The notes: a model not told the origin generated them from the letters alone. Counted from the stretch's first letter, positions 50,229 to 61,204 are shown. The stretch is 64,000 nt of DNA from Oscillospiraceae bacterium (GCA_031549265.1 JAVBQB010000001.1:20027-84026); one strand, 5' to 3'. Made by a program: numbers and translations.

Positions 50229-51143
50229 TTACTTGGTCATCTTGGCGACTTCGTCAGCGAAGTTGTCATCTCGCTTTTCGAGGCCCTCGCCTTTTTCAAA
50301 TCTGACAAACTTGCGGATCTTTATCGTTCCGCCAAGCTCTTTGGCGACGCTCTCAACATGCTGACAGACAGATGTCTTATTTTCCTTGACAAAGGCCTGG
50401 TCGACCAGGCAGTTTTCCTCGAAATACTTGTTGATTCTTCCTGCGACCATTTTTTCGGCGACGTTCTGGGGTTTGCCCTCCTGGAGAGCCTGCGCCATCA
50501 GTATTTCCTTTTCCTTCTCAATAACGCTGGGATCGGAAGCGCTGCGATCCAGCCACATCGGACGCATTGCGGCAATCTGCATACAGATATCGCGGCCGAG
50601 CTCCTTGACTTTGGTCATGTCGGAAATGCCGGAAACCTCAAGGTTAACAAGCACGCCGATTTTTCCGCCCATATGGACATACGCGACGTTAAATCCTTCT
50701 GCATAGCGCTCAAAGCGCCTGATCTGCAGGTTCTCGCCTATTGTCAGAACCTTTTCGCGAAGCATCTCGCCGACGTTCATTTCGCTTTCGGGATACTCGC
50801 ACTCGAGCAGTTTTTCAACGCTGACGGGGTCATCCATGCTGACGACATCGCAGACGTCCTCTACAAATTTGACGAAAGATTCGTTTTTAGCGACGAAATC
50901 GGTTTCGCTGTTGACTTCCACTATAGCGCCAACGCCGCATTCGTCACAGACATCGGCATAAACGATACCTTCGGCGGCAATTCTGCCAGCCTTCTTCGCG
51001 GCGACAGCCATTCCCTTTTCGCGCAGGAACTCTATCGCTTTCTGCATGTCGCCGTCGGTTTCGGTGAGCGCCTTTTTGCAGTCCATCATACCGGCGCCGG
51101 TCGTTTCTCTGAGCGCTTGAACATCTTTAGCTGAAAAAGCCAT
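50229..51143 (-). CDS. tsf: Elongation factor Ts
   Basis: LRETTGAGMMDCKKAL, EVNSETDFVA. Confidence 0.98.
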   Translation of the reverse strand: MAFSAKDVQALRETTGAGMMDCKKALTETDGDMQKAIEFLREKGMAVAAKKAGRIAAEGIVYADVCDECGVGAIVEVNSETDFVAKNESFVKFVEDVCDVVSMDDPVSVEKLLECEYPESEMNVGEMLREKVLTIGENLQIRRFERYAEGFNVAYVHMGGKIGVLVNLEVSGISDMTKVKELGRDICMQIAAMRPMWLDRSASDPSVIEKEKEILMAQALQEGKPQNVAEKMVAGRINKYFEENCLVDQAFVKENKTSVCQHVESVAKELGGTIKIRKFVRFEKGEGLEKRDDNFADEVAKMTK

Positions 51144-51229
51144 AAATTATCACTCCATATATTAATGTTAAGAAAGTTGATATCTAATATTTAATAAATA
51201 GCCCGCCGGGTTCCGGCGGGCTACATTAA

Positions 51230-52066
51230 TTACGCGGGATTCTCCACCGATGCGTCTTGTACGGCCGGTGCCGGAGTTGCCGCCGGAGCCGGAGCCGGGG
51301 TCGGGGCAGCTTGTACCGGCGCTGCTTGCGCGGGGGCGGCCTGCACAGGTGCGGCTGCCGAATCATCTCCGACCGATATTTCCTCGCCCTGCCTGCCTTC
51401 GGTGATGGCATTGGCCATAACCTGGGAAATGAGCTTGATGGCGCGGATTGCGTCGTCATTGCCGGGGATGATATAATCTATCTCATCCGGATCGCAGTTG
51501 GTGTCAACGATAGCGACGATGGGTATGCCGAGCTTGCGGGCTTCGGCAATCGAGTTGCGCTCTTTGCGCGGGTCAACGATAAACAGGGCTCCCGGGAGTT
51601 TCTTCATATCCTTGACTCCGCCGAGATACTTTTCAAGGCGGGCAATCTCGCCCTGCAGCTTGATGACTTCCTTTTTGGGAAGCATGTCAAAAGTGCCGTC
51701 CGACTGCATTGTCTTGAGCTGGTTCAAACGGTCGATACGGCGGCGCATTGTTTTGAAGTTGGTGAGCATTCCGCCCAGCCAGCGTGCGTTGACGTAAAAC
51801 ATGCCCACGCGCTCGGCTTCTTCGCGGATAGAATCCTGAGCCTGCTTCTTTGTGCCTACGAACAAAAGGGATTCTCCGCTGGCCGCGAGGTCGCGCACAA
51901 ACATGTAAGCTTCTTCCAGTTTCTTCACTGTCTTCTGCAGGTCGATAATGTAAATACCGTTGCGCTCAGTGAAGATGAAGGGCGCCATTTTGGGGTTCCA
52001 TCTGCGGGTCTGATGTCCGAAATGGACGCCGGCTTCCAGCAGTTGCTTCATAGATACTACTGCCAT
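51230..52066 (-). CDS. rpsB: 30S ribosomal protein S2
   Basis: [22 protein letters not shown]; ATG at 52066 after AGGAGG; Ala/Pro-rich tail. Confidence 0.98.
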   Translation of the reverse strand: MAVVSMKQLLEAGVHFGHQTRRWNPKMAPFIFTERNGIYIIDLQKTVKKLEEAYMFVRDLAASGESLLFVGTKKQAQDSIREEAERVGMFYVNARWLGGMLTNFKTMRRRIDRLNQLKTMQSDGTFDMLPKKEVIKLQGEIARLEKYLGGVKDMKKLPGALFIVDPRKERNSIAEARKLGIPIVAIVDTNCDPDEIDYIIPGNDDAIRAIKLISQVMANAITEGRQGEEISVGDDSAAAPVQAAPAQAAPVQAAPTPAPAPAATPAPAVQDASVENPA

Positions 52067-52104
52067 TGATAACCTCCTAAAATTCGGGAGCGTTTTGCCC
52101 CCGT

Positions 52105-52180
52105 GGTTTTTTCCTCCACCCCGGTCAATCCGGCTTCGCACTCGAAAGCACCACGAAACAAGTCGCGGGGTGTGTGTCAT
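52105..52180 (-). promoter_or_regulatory. rpsB 5' leader (S2 autoregulatory RNA-like)
   Basis: Minus strand CACACACCCCG...GGTGCT...CGGGGTGGAGG resembles conserved rpsB leaders. Confidence 0.6.
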
Positions 52181-52383
52181 TGATTTACACCAACACATGA
52201 TACCATAAATGACATCAAACTGCAAGTATTATTTTACAAAGCGGACATCTTCTTTATGCTGACGCCCCAGCATATATTTTATTAAATACTTTTCGCGGTT
52301 AATCTTGCGTGACCTGACAAAAATCTCAAGAGCCGCAGCACTTTTGACCAAAAACTATATTGCGGGAAAAGCGGTGATGTACT

Positions 52384-52674
52384 ATGACCTGTTGCAGAAT
52401 AGTCGATTTGCGCCTGAAAGAAGTGATAAACATACACGACGGATGCCGCCTGGGCTTTGTCAACGATGTGGAAGTGGACACCTGCTGCGGAAAAGTCGTA
52501 TCCATAGTTGTGCCCGGACCGTCGAGGTTTTTCGGTCTTTTCGGACGTGAAGAGGACTACGTCATTCCATGGGACGACATCAAAAGGATCGGTGAGGATA
52601 TCATTCTCATTGAATGCTCTTTCCCGGGCAGGCGCATGTATAACCGGCGCGAGCGCAGAGGATGGAATTTTTGA
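52384..52674 (+). CDS. YlmC/YmxH sporulation PRC-barrel protein
   Basis: KEVINIHDGCRLG.V.DVE, IPWDDIKRIGEDIILI. Confidence 0.9.
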   Translation: MTCCRIVDLRLKEVINIHDGCRLGFVNDVEVDTCCGKVVSIVVPGPSRFFGLFGREEDYVIPWDDIKRIGEDIILIECSFPGRRMYNRRERRGWNF

Positions 52675-52844
52675 GCTGGCTGTGCATTTCAAGTTTAATT
52701 AAGAAAGAAAATCCGCAAGGGCAAAATGCCTGCATGCGGATTTTTTATCTGTCTGTAGAATTTGCCAACTATTTGGACAAGACCTGGAATCTATCTTTAA
52801 TAAATTACCTCAAGCGCGTGGTTCTATGCGGTGGCAGATAATCG

Positions 52845-53459
52845 TTACATCGGCTTAATAAACATTTGGGTCCAATAGAGCGTTCCGTTAGCGGATTTCG
52901 CGGCGCCGACTCCGATATGGGTGGTCTGTTTGCTCAGAATATTTGCCTTGTGGCCTGCCGAATTCATCCACGACCGCATGACATCAGCCGGAGTGGCCTG
53001 TCCCATCGCGATATTCTCAGCGCCCGCCGAGAACCTGATTCCAAATGACTCCATCATATTAAACGGAGAGCCGTAGGACGGAGACTGATGTGAAAAGTAT
53101 TTTCTGTCGATCATATCTTGGGACTTCATTCTCGCGATTCGCGCGACTTCCCAGTTGTACTTGAGCGGAGCGAGTCCGTATTTTGCCCGCTCAGCGTTGA
53201 CAAGGCGGCCGACTTCCTGCTCCAGCGTCTGCAAAGGCGCGGCGTCGGGAATCGTTATCCGGTCTCCGACGTTTATCATAGCCGCGTTTTTGATTTGCGG
53301 GTTGGCTTTCAGCAATTCGGACACGCCGATCTGATACTGGGAGGCAATACGCCATATACTGTCGCCGGATTTTACGATATGCGTTTTCGGTGCCGCGCCC
53401 GCGAAGACAAAGCTCGCCGCGACAAGACACGCGGCCAGGATACATGCCAGTTTTTTCAT
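52845..53459 (-). CDS. LysM (SafA-like) + CAP domain protein
   Basis: VKSGDSIWRIA...ANPQI LysM; YFSHQSPSYGSPF, ENIA, WMNSAGHKANIL. Confidence 0.9.
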   Translation of the reverse strand: MKKLACILAACLVAASFVFAGAAPKTHIVKSGDSIWRIASQYQIGVSELLKANPQIKNAAMINVGDRITIPDAAPLQTLEQEVGRLVNAERAKYGLAPLKYNWEVARIARMKSQDMIDRKYFSHQSPSYGSPFNMMESFGIRFSAGAENIAMGQATPADVMRSWMNSAGHKANILSKQTTHIGVGAAKSANGTLYWTQMFIKPM

Positions 53460-53737
53460 TTAATCACTACCTAATATTTATAGAATGATGTTTTTAGGAC
53501 TGACGCAATTATGTGATTGAGATTATGTACTATATATGCTTGTCCGAAAAAAAGAAAATATTCGACTTGTTGTTTGTCACTTTCAGGCATCCGATGCCGT
53601 AATATTCCTTCAAAAATAAAGACTTACCCGAAAAAATCCCAAATTGCTCTTTGACTATGCTGGTTTATATGGTAAAATAGCCTGTATATCATTTGCCTTG
53701 ATTTGTTCGGTTGGGGCAATATAAAGGGGAAAAAAGC

Positions 53738-54838
53738 ATGAGTTATGATTATGTCGATTGGAAAATAATGAGCGACTTTGTCATTGCGGCGTTTGAAGGG
53801 TACGGAGTGCCTCCCGAGGACGCGAGGATTTGCGCGGACGTCTTGCTCGAAGCCGATAGAAGAGGTATTGAGTCCCACGGCGTTAACAGATTCAAGCCCA
53901 TTTACATCGACCGCATTAAAGAGGGCATTCAAAGCGCCGTGACAAAAATAGATGTTGTGAAGGAAACCTGTACCACCGCCGTTCTCGACGGAAACGACGG
54001 AATGGGACAGGTCATCGCCAAGCGAGCGATGGGCATGGCGATTGAGAAGGCCAAGCAGTACGGAATGGGTATGGTGGCTGTCCGCAACTCAACGCACATC
54101 GGAATTGTCGGATATTACGTGACGATGGCGACCGGCGCGGGCTGCGTTGGCATCGCCGGTACCAACGCCCGCCCGTCGATTGCCCCGACTTACGGCATTG
54201 AAAATATGCTGGGCACGAACCCGATCACCTTCGGACTGCCGACTGACGAGGATTTTCCGTTCGTGCTCGACTGCGCTACGTCAATTACCCAGCGCGGCAC
54301 GGTTGAAATCTATGCCAGAACCGGCGAAAACGCTCCGGAGGGCCAGGTAATCGGAGCCGACGGCAAGGTGCTGACCGACTCGGCCTCTATTCTGAAAGCG
54401 CTGACCGACGGAACTGCGGCGCTCGCACCTCTCGGCGGAACCGGAACAAATATGGGCGGATATAAGGGATACGGTTACGCTACCGTCGTAGAGGTGCTGT
54501 CCGCCGCGCTGCAATCCGGTAGTTATCTTAAAATGTTGTCCGGTTTCCAGGATGGTAAAAAAGTTAAGCACCATCTCGGCCATTTCTTCCTTGCCGTCGA
54601 CTGTGACGCTTTCATGGGGCTGGACGAATTCAAGAAGACTTCCGGCGAGATCATGCGCGCGCTGCGTGCGTCTAAGAAAGCTCCGGGGCACGACAGGATT
54701 TATACAGCCGGAGAAATCGAATACGAGAAATGGCAGGAGCGCAAGAAAACCGGACTTCCTGTTAACAAGAGCGTGCAGTCCGAGCTGATTGCCATCAGAG
54801 ACGAACTGAAAATGGATATCAGATTCCCGTTCGAATAA
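53738..54838 (+). CDS. Ldh2/Mdh2-family malate/lactate dehydrogenase
   Basis: ADRRGIESHG, GTNPI, GYKGYG. Confidence 0.88.
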   Translation: MSYDYVDWKIMSDFVIAAFEGYGVPPEDARICADVLLEADRRGIESHGVNRFKPIYIDRIKEGIQSAVTKIDVVKETCTTAVLDGNDGMGQVIAKRAMGMAIEKAKQYGMGMVAVRNSTHIGIVGYYVTMATGAGCVGIAGTNARPSIAPTYGIENMLGTNPITFGLPTDEDFPFVLDCATSITQRGTVEIYARTGENAPEGQVIGADGKVLTDSASILKALTDGTAALAPLGGTGTNMGGYKGYGYATVVEVLSAALQSGSYLKMLSGFQDGKKVKHHLGHFFLAVDCDAFMGLDEFKKTSGEIMRALRASKKAPGHDRIYTAGEIEYEKWQERKKTGLPVNKSVQSELIAIRDELKMDIRFPFE

Positions 54839-54857
54839 AAAAGTCGGAGATAACTAG

Positions 54858-56042
54858 ATGAACTTTAGAGACGAAGCTATACGCCGTCATGTCGAGTGGG
54901 CGGGCAAGCTCGAAATAAAGTCGCGCGTTTCGGTTGATTCAAAGGAGAGCCTGTCAATTGCGTATACTCCGGGAGTCGCTGAGCCGTGTCTTGAAATACA
55001 GAAGGACGCATTAAAATCATTTGAACTGACGCGCAGATGGAATATGGTGGCGGTGGTCACCGACGGAACCGCGGTTCTGGGCCTTGGTGACATCGGGCCA
55101 GAAGCCGGGATGCCGGTCATGGAGGGCAAATGCGTACTGTTCAAGGAATTCGCCGGAGTGGACGCCTTCCCTCTTTGCATCCGGTCAAAAGACGTGGATA
55201 CAATAGTTGAGACGATATACCAGATTTCGGGCTCGTTCGGCGGCATCAATCTCGAGGATATTTCTGCGCCGCGCTGCTTCGAAATTGAGCGGAAGCTCAA
55301 GGAACGCTGCGACATCCCGATTTTCCACGATGATCAGCACGGAACAGCCGTTGTCGTTGCGGCAGCGCTCATTAACGCTATGAAAGCGACCGGAAGAAGC
55401 GTTTCTTCGCAGACCGCGGTCGTTTGCGGCGCGGGCGCCTCCGGAATCGCGACGACCAAATTGCTGCTTGAGCTGGGCATCGGAGATGTGATCGTCTGTG
55501 ACCGCAGCGGCACGATTTATGAAGGCCGCGAAAAACTCAACAGCGTGAAAACGGAAATCGCAAGGCTTACAAACAAAGAAAAAGTTAAAGCGACAACCGC
55601 TGAGTCGGTGCGCGGCCGCGACATATTTATCGGCTTGTCGGGGCCCGGCACCTGTACCTTCGATATGGTGAGGTCAATGAACAGCAAGCCGGTCGTCTTT
55701 GCCATGTCCAACCCGACGCCTGAGATTATGCCGGATGAAGCCGAGCGGGCCGGCGCCAGTATTGTAGGCACAGGCAGGTCGGACTTCCCTAACCAGATCA
55801 ATAACGTGCTCGCCTTTCCGGGAATATTCCGCGGGGCGCTGGACGTTCGGGCAACTGACATTAACGATGAAATGAAGCTAGCTGCCGCATTCGCGATAGC
55901 GGGACTTGTCGGTGATTCTGAGCTTTCCGCTGACCGGATTCTGCCCGACGCGTTTGATCCTAGAGTGGGAAAGGCTGTTTCCGAGGCTGTTAAAGCGGCG
56001 GCGAGAAAGTGCGGAATAGCCAGACGGCTGCCACTCGAATAA
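54858..56042 (+). CDS. NAD(P)-dependent malic enzyme
   Basis: AYTPGVA, TDGTAVLGLGDIG, FHDDQHGTA, GRSDFPNQINN. Confidence 0.93.
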   Translation: MNFRDEAIRRHVEWAGKLEIKSRVSVDSKESLSIAYTPGVAEPCLEIQKDALKSFELTRRWNMVAVVTDGTAVLGLGDIGPEAGMPVMEGKCVLFKEFAGVDAFPLCIRSKDVDTIVETIYQISGSFGGINLEDISAPRCFEIERKLKERCDIPIFHDDQHGTAVVVAAALINAMKATGRSVSSQTAVVCGAGASGIATTKLLLELGIGDVIVCDRSGTIYEGREKLNSVKTEIARLTNKEKVKATTAESVRGRDIFIGLSGPGTCTFDMVRSMNSKPVVFAMSNPTPEIMPDEAERAGASIVGTGRSDFPNQINNVLAFPGIFRGALDVRATDINDEMKLAAAFAIAGLVGDSELSADRILPDAFDPRVGKAVSEAVKAAARKCGIARRLPLE

Positions 56043-56060
56043 TACTCATTGTATAAATGA

Positions 56061-56101
56061 AAAAAGACCGGCGCTTCCAATTCAGGAAGCGCCGGTCTTT
56101 T
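56061..56101. terminator. Bidirectional terminator between malic enzyme and xerD
   Basis: AAAAGACCGGCGCTTCC...GGAAGCGCCGGTCTTTT. Confidence 0.85.
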
Positions 56102-56114
56102 ATTTTCAATAAAT

Positions 56115-56999
56115 TCAAGCGCGCGGATGGTACTTGTTATATACTTCTTTAATCTTCTGCTTAACCAGATGAGTATAGATCTGGGTAGAAGAGATATCGG
56201 CGTGCCCAAGCATTTCCTGGATGGATCTGAGGTCGGCTCCGTTTTCAAGCAAATGCGTTGCGAAGGAATGGCGCAGGGTATGGGGGGTAATCTGCTTCTT
56301 AATCTGGGCTTTCTGCTGGTAGTGTTTGATGATCTTCCAGAATCCCTGGCGAGTCATGCGTTCGCCGTTGACATTGACAAACAGAGCCTGCTCGCTGAGG
56401 TCGTCAATCATCTTGGAGCGTGCGTTGTTAATATATTCGGTAAGCGCTTTTATCGCTGCCGTATACAGAGGAATAATTCTGTCGCGGTGCCCGTTGACGC
56501 ACTTTACAAATCCGCCGCTCAGACTGACGTCAGCGAGATTCAAAGATATGAGTTCGCTTACGCGAATGCCTGTCGCGTAAAGCACTTCGAGCATAGCGCG
56601 GTCACGGTATCCCTTCAGGTCAGTACATTCGGGCTGTTCCAGCAACAGGTCGACTTCTTTGCCGGTGAGAACCTGAGGCAGTTTGCGCTCTACCTTTGAG
56701 GTCGGCATTCCTTCGATGGGGTTGCTTGGCACGGCGTACACATTGGTTAAGTATGTATAGAAGCACTTGAGAGAGGCAACCGTACGTGTAACCGTGGACT
56801 GCGCCTTTCCCTGGCCGCCGAGCCATTCGAAATAATGTGCGGCAACCTCGGGGGTGACGGAAGTAAGCGAGCCGATACCGCGTTTGCTTATGTATGAGCT
56901 AAATTGGCTCACATCGCGCAAATAGGATTGCATCGTGTTGCTAGATGATCGCTTTTCGATTTTCAGGTATTCGCCGAAACCCAGAATGTAGTCGTCCAT
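56115..56999 (-). CDS. xerD: Site-specific tyrosine recombinase XerD
   Basis: LYATGIRVSEL, TPHTLRHSFATHLLENGADLRSIQEMLGH, TQIYTH; adjacent to spoIIM. Confidence 0.92.
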   Translation of the reverse strand: MDDYILGFGEYLKIEKRSSSNTMQSYLRDVSQFSSYISKRGIGSLTSVTPEVAAHYFEWLGGQGKAQSTVTRTVASLKCFYTYLTNVYAVPSNPIEGMPTSKVERKLPQVLTGKEVDLLLEQPECTDLKGYRDRAMLEVLYATGIRVSELISLNLADVSLSGGFVKCVNGHRDRIIPLYTAAIKALTEYINNARSKMIDDLSEQALFVNVNGERMTRQGFWKIIKHYQQKAQIKKQITPHTLRHSFATHLLENGADLRSIQEMLGHADISSTQIYTHLVKQKIKEVYNKYHPRA

Positions 57000-57015
57000 T
57001 ATCATATTCCTCGCT

Positions 57016-57636
57016 TTACGAAATTGTGCCTGCAACGGTGGAAATCAGCAGCGGGGTGAGAAAGGCTTCAATCAGCGCAGAAACTGCCAGCGCGGCAAAA
57101 CAAACGCCGATCCTCGCCGCTACGGATGAAGTCAGTAGTGTCGAGGCTTTTTTGTTGCCAAGACCTGACGACATAATCGATGCAGACATTGAAAAAGCTT
57201 GTGAAGCCAGTATTAACAGGCAGGGCAAAGCGATAAGCGACTGAGCTCCGAGCGCGGAGAGAGCGAGCGCAAATCCATTGCCGCCAAATACTTTAATAAA
57301 TGAAGTGATCGCGAAAGAGAGGAAAAAACCGCGGACAGCGACTATGACAGGAACAATAACAACTCCAAGGGCGGAGAACCCGAAAATTACAATGAGAGCA
57401 TGATACTTAAAGGCGTTGAAAAAAGCGTAACCTATTAACGATCCTGTGTCGGTTTTGGCGGAAGAGAGCGCGACGTAACCATCCAGATACTCGCCGATGC
57501 CGGAGTTTGAGCCAAGGTTGGAACAAACAACGGTGCCAGCCACTACGCCGCACAAAAACAAGGCGGAGAGTATTGCGGCGCTGGATAAAAAAGATCCGTC
57601 CGGCCTGTCCCAGAACCGGTTAAGCAATTTCCTCAT
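57016..57636 (-). CDS. spoIIM: Stage II sporulation protein M-like membrane protein
   Basis: Hydrophobic; RGFFLSF and LIEAFLTP motifs; spoIIM-xerD synteny. Confidence 0.75.
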   Translation of the reverse strand: MRKLLNRFWDRPDGSFLSSAAILSALFLCGVVAGTVVCSNLGSNSGIGEYLDGYVALSSAKTDTGSLIGYAFFNAFKYHALIVIFGFSALGVVIVPVIVAVRGFFLSFAITSFIKVFGGNGFALALSALGAQSLIALPCLLILASQAFSMSASIMSSGLGNKKASTLLTSSVAARIGVCFAALAVSALIEAFLTPLLISTVAGTIS

Positions 57637-57782
57637 TCGATCATCCCCCTATAAATATATATTGGGGATGACCACGCATTAGACCTCGCAACGGGACATG
57701 ATTAGCCGAATAAGTATTTATGCACAACGTGAATGGTGTCGCAAAAGGTGAATATCCAATGCATAAATAACTATCCGTTTAG

Positions 57783-58595
57783 TCACGGAGTCTTTTTGCC
57801 GAGCTCGTCGGCCCGCTCAAGACATCTCTCGAGCGCCAGGGTTAGAATATCGTCAAAATTTGAATCATCAAGCGATTTGAGCGCGGCTTCGGTGGTGCCG
57901 CCCGGGGACGCGACTTCGGAGATTAAAGAATCCGGAGAACTTTGCGAGCTCAGCATAGTTATCGCCGCGCCCTGCATAGACTTTGCGGCAAGACGGAGGG
58001 CGAGCGCGCGGTCAATCCCCTTTTTCTCGGCATAACCGGCAATAACGTCGGCTATACGGTAGAAATACGCTGGGGAAGAACCGCTTACCGCAGTCGCGGC
58101 ATTGATAAGGGACTCGTCCAGCACGGCGGTTTCGCCAACGGTTGAAAACAAATTGACGACTTTTTCAAAAAGCGGCTCGGGAACACCGTCGTTTTGGGCT
58201 ATTAGAGTCGCGCCGCAGGCAAACTGGAGTGGCGCGTTGGGCATAACGCGAACAACAAAGGAATCTTCGGCTATCTTTGATTTGATGTAATCCGAGGTGA
58301 TTCCGGCGGCAATGGAAACGAAACACCGTCCGGAGGAATAAGTTGATATCTGATCCAGCACTGCTCCGAATATCTGGGGCTTGACCGCAAGAAGGACGAT
58401 GTCACACGCGGCAACCAGTGCTTCGGGCGACGGGCTGACATTCAGTCCGTCGGTCTTGAAACGTTCGGTTTTCTGTTCGGAAACATCGAAAACAAACATT
58501 TCGGACGGCTCAAACAAGCTATTGTCGATGCAAGCCCTGAGAATCGCGCCGCCCATATTACCGGCGCCGATAATGCCAAAACGCAATCCGTCCAC
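57783..58595 (-). CDS. proC: Pyrroline-5-carboxylate reductase
   Basis: IGAGNMGGA, LAVKPQ, RVMPN, SPGGTT; GTG at 58595 after GGAGG. Confidence 0.95.
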   Translation of the reverse strand: MDGLRFGIIGAGNMGGAILRACIDNSLFEPSEMFVFDVSEQKTERFKTDGLNVSPSPEALVAACDIVLLAVKPQIFGAVLDQISTYSSGRCFVSIAAGITSDYIKSKIAEDSFVVRVMPNAPLQFACGATLIAQNDGVPEPLFEKVVNLFSTVGETAVLDESLINAATAVSGSSPAYFYRIADVIAGYAEKKGIDRALALRLAAKSMQGAAITMLSSQSSPDSLISEVASPGGTTEAALKSLDDSNFDDILTLALERCLERADELGKKTP

Positions 58596-58920
58596 CCGAC
58601 ATCCTCCGGCAGTATGTAAAGATATCATAAGAGCCGACCGGGTTTTCGGCCTCGTTGATATACATACTATAATGCAAAAGCGGATATTATGCAAGTGATT
58701 ATGACAACTTTAATAAGTTTGTGAATTATCACCAATTATTATGTCAACTGAATTATGTAAACTAGCTAAACCGATCCCTGGGGTTGCAAAAATTATTACC
58801 GTATATTGTGCACAAAAACAAACCCGGACCTACGTGTAGGCCCGGGTGCGTATTCCTTTGTATTAATGGAAAATATGTTGGGTTACTAACATTATTGATA
58901 TTTGTTTACTAAAAAGGTTA

Positions 58921-60279
58921 TCAGCTATCAGCGCTGTCTGCATTTTCCAATAGCTTTACCTTGAGCGCGATCGCGCATTCCACTCGTTTTCGTTCAATTT
59001 CGCAGGCCAGCGGATTCGGTTGTTTCAGCGTTCCGCCTGCCAGAACATTGCCAGCGCTGCATCCGCCGCTGCAATAATACCTCGCCCAGCAGTCAGGACA
59101 GTCGCTTCTTGTATATATGTTCGCGGACAAAAATTCATTTGACAAATCGGAGTCCCATGTCCCTTCTTGCAGATTGCCGAGTTTCCACTGCTCCATTCCC
59201 ACAAATTGGTGGCAGGGATAAATATCCCCCTCCGGTGTTATGGCAACATATTCGCTGCCCGCTCCGCAACCTCGCAGCCGTTTGATTACGCATGGCCCCT
59301 GATCCAGGTCAATGTTGAAGTGGAAGAATGAAAAATCGCGGCGTTTGGTCATCTCTTCGGCCAGCGTCTCATACTGGGCAAAAATCGTGTCCAGATCACT
59401 TTCTCTGATTGCCCACGGCTTGTCCGGAGACGAAACTGCGGGTTCGACCGATATATCGCGAAAACCGAGATCGGCCAGATGAAGAACATCATTGACAAAG
59501 TCGAGGTTTTTCCGGGTGTATGTTCCGCGGATGTAAAAATCGCGCGTTCTGGTAGCCGCAATTTTTTGAAGCTTCGGCACAATCGTGCTGTAGCTGCCTC
59601 CGCCGCCCACCAGCATACGCATATGATCGTTGACCTCTGGACGGCCGTCAAGCGACAGGACGCAGTTGTCCATTTCTTGGTTAATATAGTCAATATTTTG
59701 GTCGTCAAGCAGCAGACCATTGGTTGTTATGGTGAAACGGAAGTGCTTACCTCTCCCCTCCCCTACTGCCCGAGCGTATTCAACCGTTTTTTCAACGATG
59801 TCCATTGCCAGCATCGGCTCTCCGCCGAAGAAGTCAATTTCGATATTGCGCCGCGCCCCCGACCGCTCAATTACGAAGTCGATTGCACTGCGCGCCGTCT
59901 CGAAATCCATCAGTTTGCGCCCTGTGCCGAAATCGCCGGTTGAGGCAAAGCAATACCGGCAGCGCAGATTGCAGTCGTGCGAGACATGTAAGCACAATGC
60001 CTTTACAGGCACGCTTTTGGGCAGCCGGTCAACGGCGGACGAATAATCGTCGCTGGAAAAGAGCAGTCCTTTTTGCTGAAGTGAGAAAAGCTCGTTCCAG
60101 ACCTCGTCAATATTCCTGATATTTGGCAGTCGATTAATAATATCATCCGGACAGCGCTCTGCCATGGGGGGGTCGATCTCCCTGATTACGCAGTATGCGT
60201 CGTCGTCCAGCGCGTGTACCGCTCCGGAAGCGACGTCGATAACGATATTCTGTCCGAGCAGAGAATAGTGGTGTATCAT
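58921..60279 (-). CDS. scfB: SCIFF radical SAM/SPASM maturase
   Basis: CNLRCRYC, FFGGEP, CGAG.EY...G.IYPCHQF, SPASM cysteines. Confidence 0.94.
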   Translation of the reverse strand: MIHHYSLLGQNIVIDVASGAVHALDDDAYCVIREIDPPMAERCPDDIINRLPNIRNIDEVWNELFSLQQKGLLFSSDDYSSAVDRLPKSVPVKALCLHVSHDCNLRCRYCFASTGDFGTGRKLMDFETARSAIDFVIERSGARRNIEIDFFGGEPMLAMDIVEKTVEYARAVGEGRGKHFRFTITTNGLLLDDQNIDYINQEMDNCVLSLDGRPEVNDHMRMLVGGGGSYSTIVPKLQKIAATRTRDFYIRGTYTRKNLDFVNDVLHLADLGFRDISVEPAVSSPDKPWAIRESDLDTIFAQYETLAEEMTKRRDFSFFHFNIDLDQGPCVIKRLRGCGAGSEYVAITPEGDIYPCHQFVGMEQWKLGNLQEGTWDSDLSNEFLSANIYTRSDCPDCWARYYCSGGCSAGNVLAGGTLKQPNPLACEIERKRVECAIALKVKLLENADSADS

Positions 60280-60398
60280 TGCAAGCGATCCTTTATTAAT
60301 GAAGAATTTATTTTGAGTTCGTCAATGTCAAGAAAAAACCCCTAAATAGTAAGCAAAGTCTGCTTATCTGTTTAGGGATGTGAGCTGTAAGCCAAAAC

Positions 60399-60545
60399 TT
60401 ATTTGTCTTTATTCTCGCATTTTTGATTGGCGACCGTACATGAGGTTTTGCAGGCGGACTGGCATGACGTCTGGCACTCGCCGCATCCGCCCTTTTCAGC
60501 GCTCTGCTTAAGGGTTGCGGAATTGATTGTCTTGATATGATTCAT
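60399..60545 (-). CDS. scfA: Six-cysteine ranthipeptide precursor SCIFF (48 aa)
   Basis: GGCGECQTSCQSACKTSCTVANQKCE; ATG at 60545 after GGAGG. Confidence 0.95.
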   Translation of the reverse strand: MNHIKTINSATLKQSAEKGGCGECQTSCQSACKTSCTVANQKCENKDK

Positions 60546-60701
60546 CGTATCCTCCGAAAATGTCGAATATTGCGTGCCTGCGCGATTCAACCGGCAGTCT
60601 GATAAACCCTTTGCACGGTGACAATGAGACAATCGGCATAAATCGAGATGCACACTGATTATTTATATCACACCGGAGGAAATATTTCAACTATTTTGAG
60701 A

Positions 60702-61112
60702 TCATCTGTGTCTTTTTTTAGTAAGCGTTGCTTTCAGTACTCCGGCGAGAGCTCCGCCGCCGACAGTTCCGAGCAGGAGGCCAATCCCGTTTTGCGGCAT
60801 CACTCTGAAATAGAAAATGAGTCCGATCAGAATAAACAGTACAAACAGCGCGAGACCCGTGATCGCTCCGATCAGCAGCGGCTGATGTTTGATCTTTTTT
60901 ATCGCTAGCAGCGCTCCGGTAAACGCGCCGACCAGGCACGCGCAGATGGCGACGATTGAGGTGCTCTCGGGGCTGATTATTCCCCAAATGACAGCGGCAG
61001 ACGCAGCGAGCAGGATCATCAGGCTCACGGCAAGCGCAAACAGGGACCCGATTATTACGCTGATTATTACCGGCTTGATTTCAAAATGCGATTTTTCCTC
61101 AGCTGAACGCAT
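60702..61112 (-). CDS. Four-TM membrane protein (TIGR04086-like)
   Basis: Hydrophobic; conserved position between yajC and scfA; ATG at 61112 after GGAGG. Confidence 0.7.
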   Translation of the reverse strand: MRSAEEKSHFEIKPVIISVIIGSLFALAVSLMILLAASAAVIWGIISPESTSIVAICACLVGAFTGALLAIKKIKHQPLLIGAITGLALFVLFILIGLIFYFRVMPQNGIGLLLGTVGGGALAGVLKATLTKKRHR

Positions 61113-61204
61113 AATACACCCTCCAAGCGAATTGATTTGATAAATCATATTCACAGGGAGGGTGTAATAGTACAAGTTAATAATATATTTTGGACAAAGA
61201 CCGC

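Noticed and set aside
51255-51360. GC-rich short repeats as a CRISPR-like or VNTR array
   Set aside because: They encode the low-complexity AAPVQ/PA tail of S2; there are no spacers or cas genes.
50148-52069. Long antisense ORFs opposite tsf and rpsB (also opposite carB, dapL, tgt, queA)
   Set aside because: These are shadow ORFs from codon bias in conserved genes, with no recognisable motifs or RBS.
56115-56999. Tyrosine recombinase as a mobile-element integrase
   Set aside because: It is a housekeeping XerD in conserved spoIIM-xerD context with no cargo or att sites.
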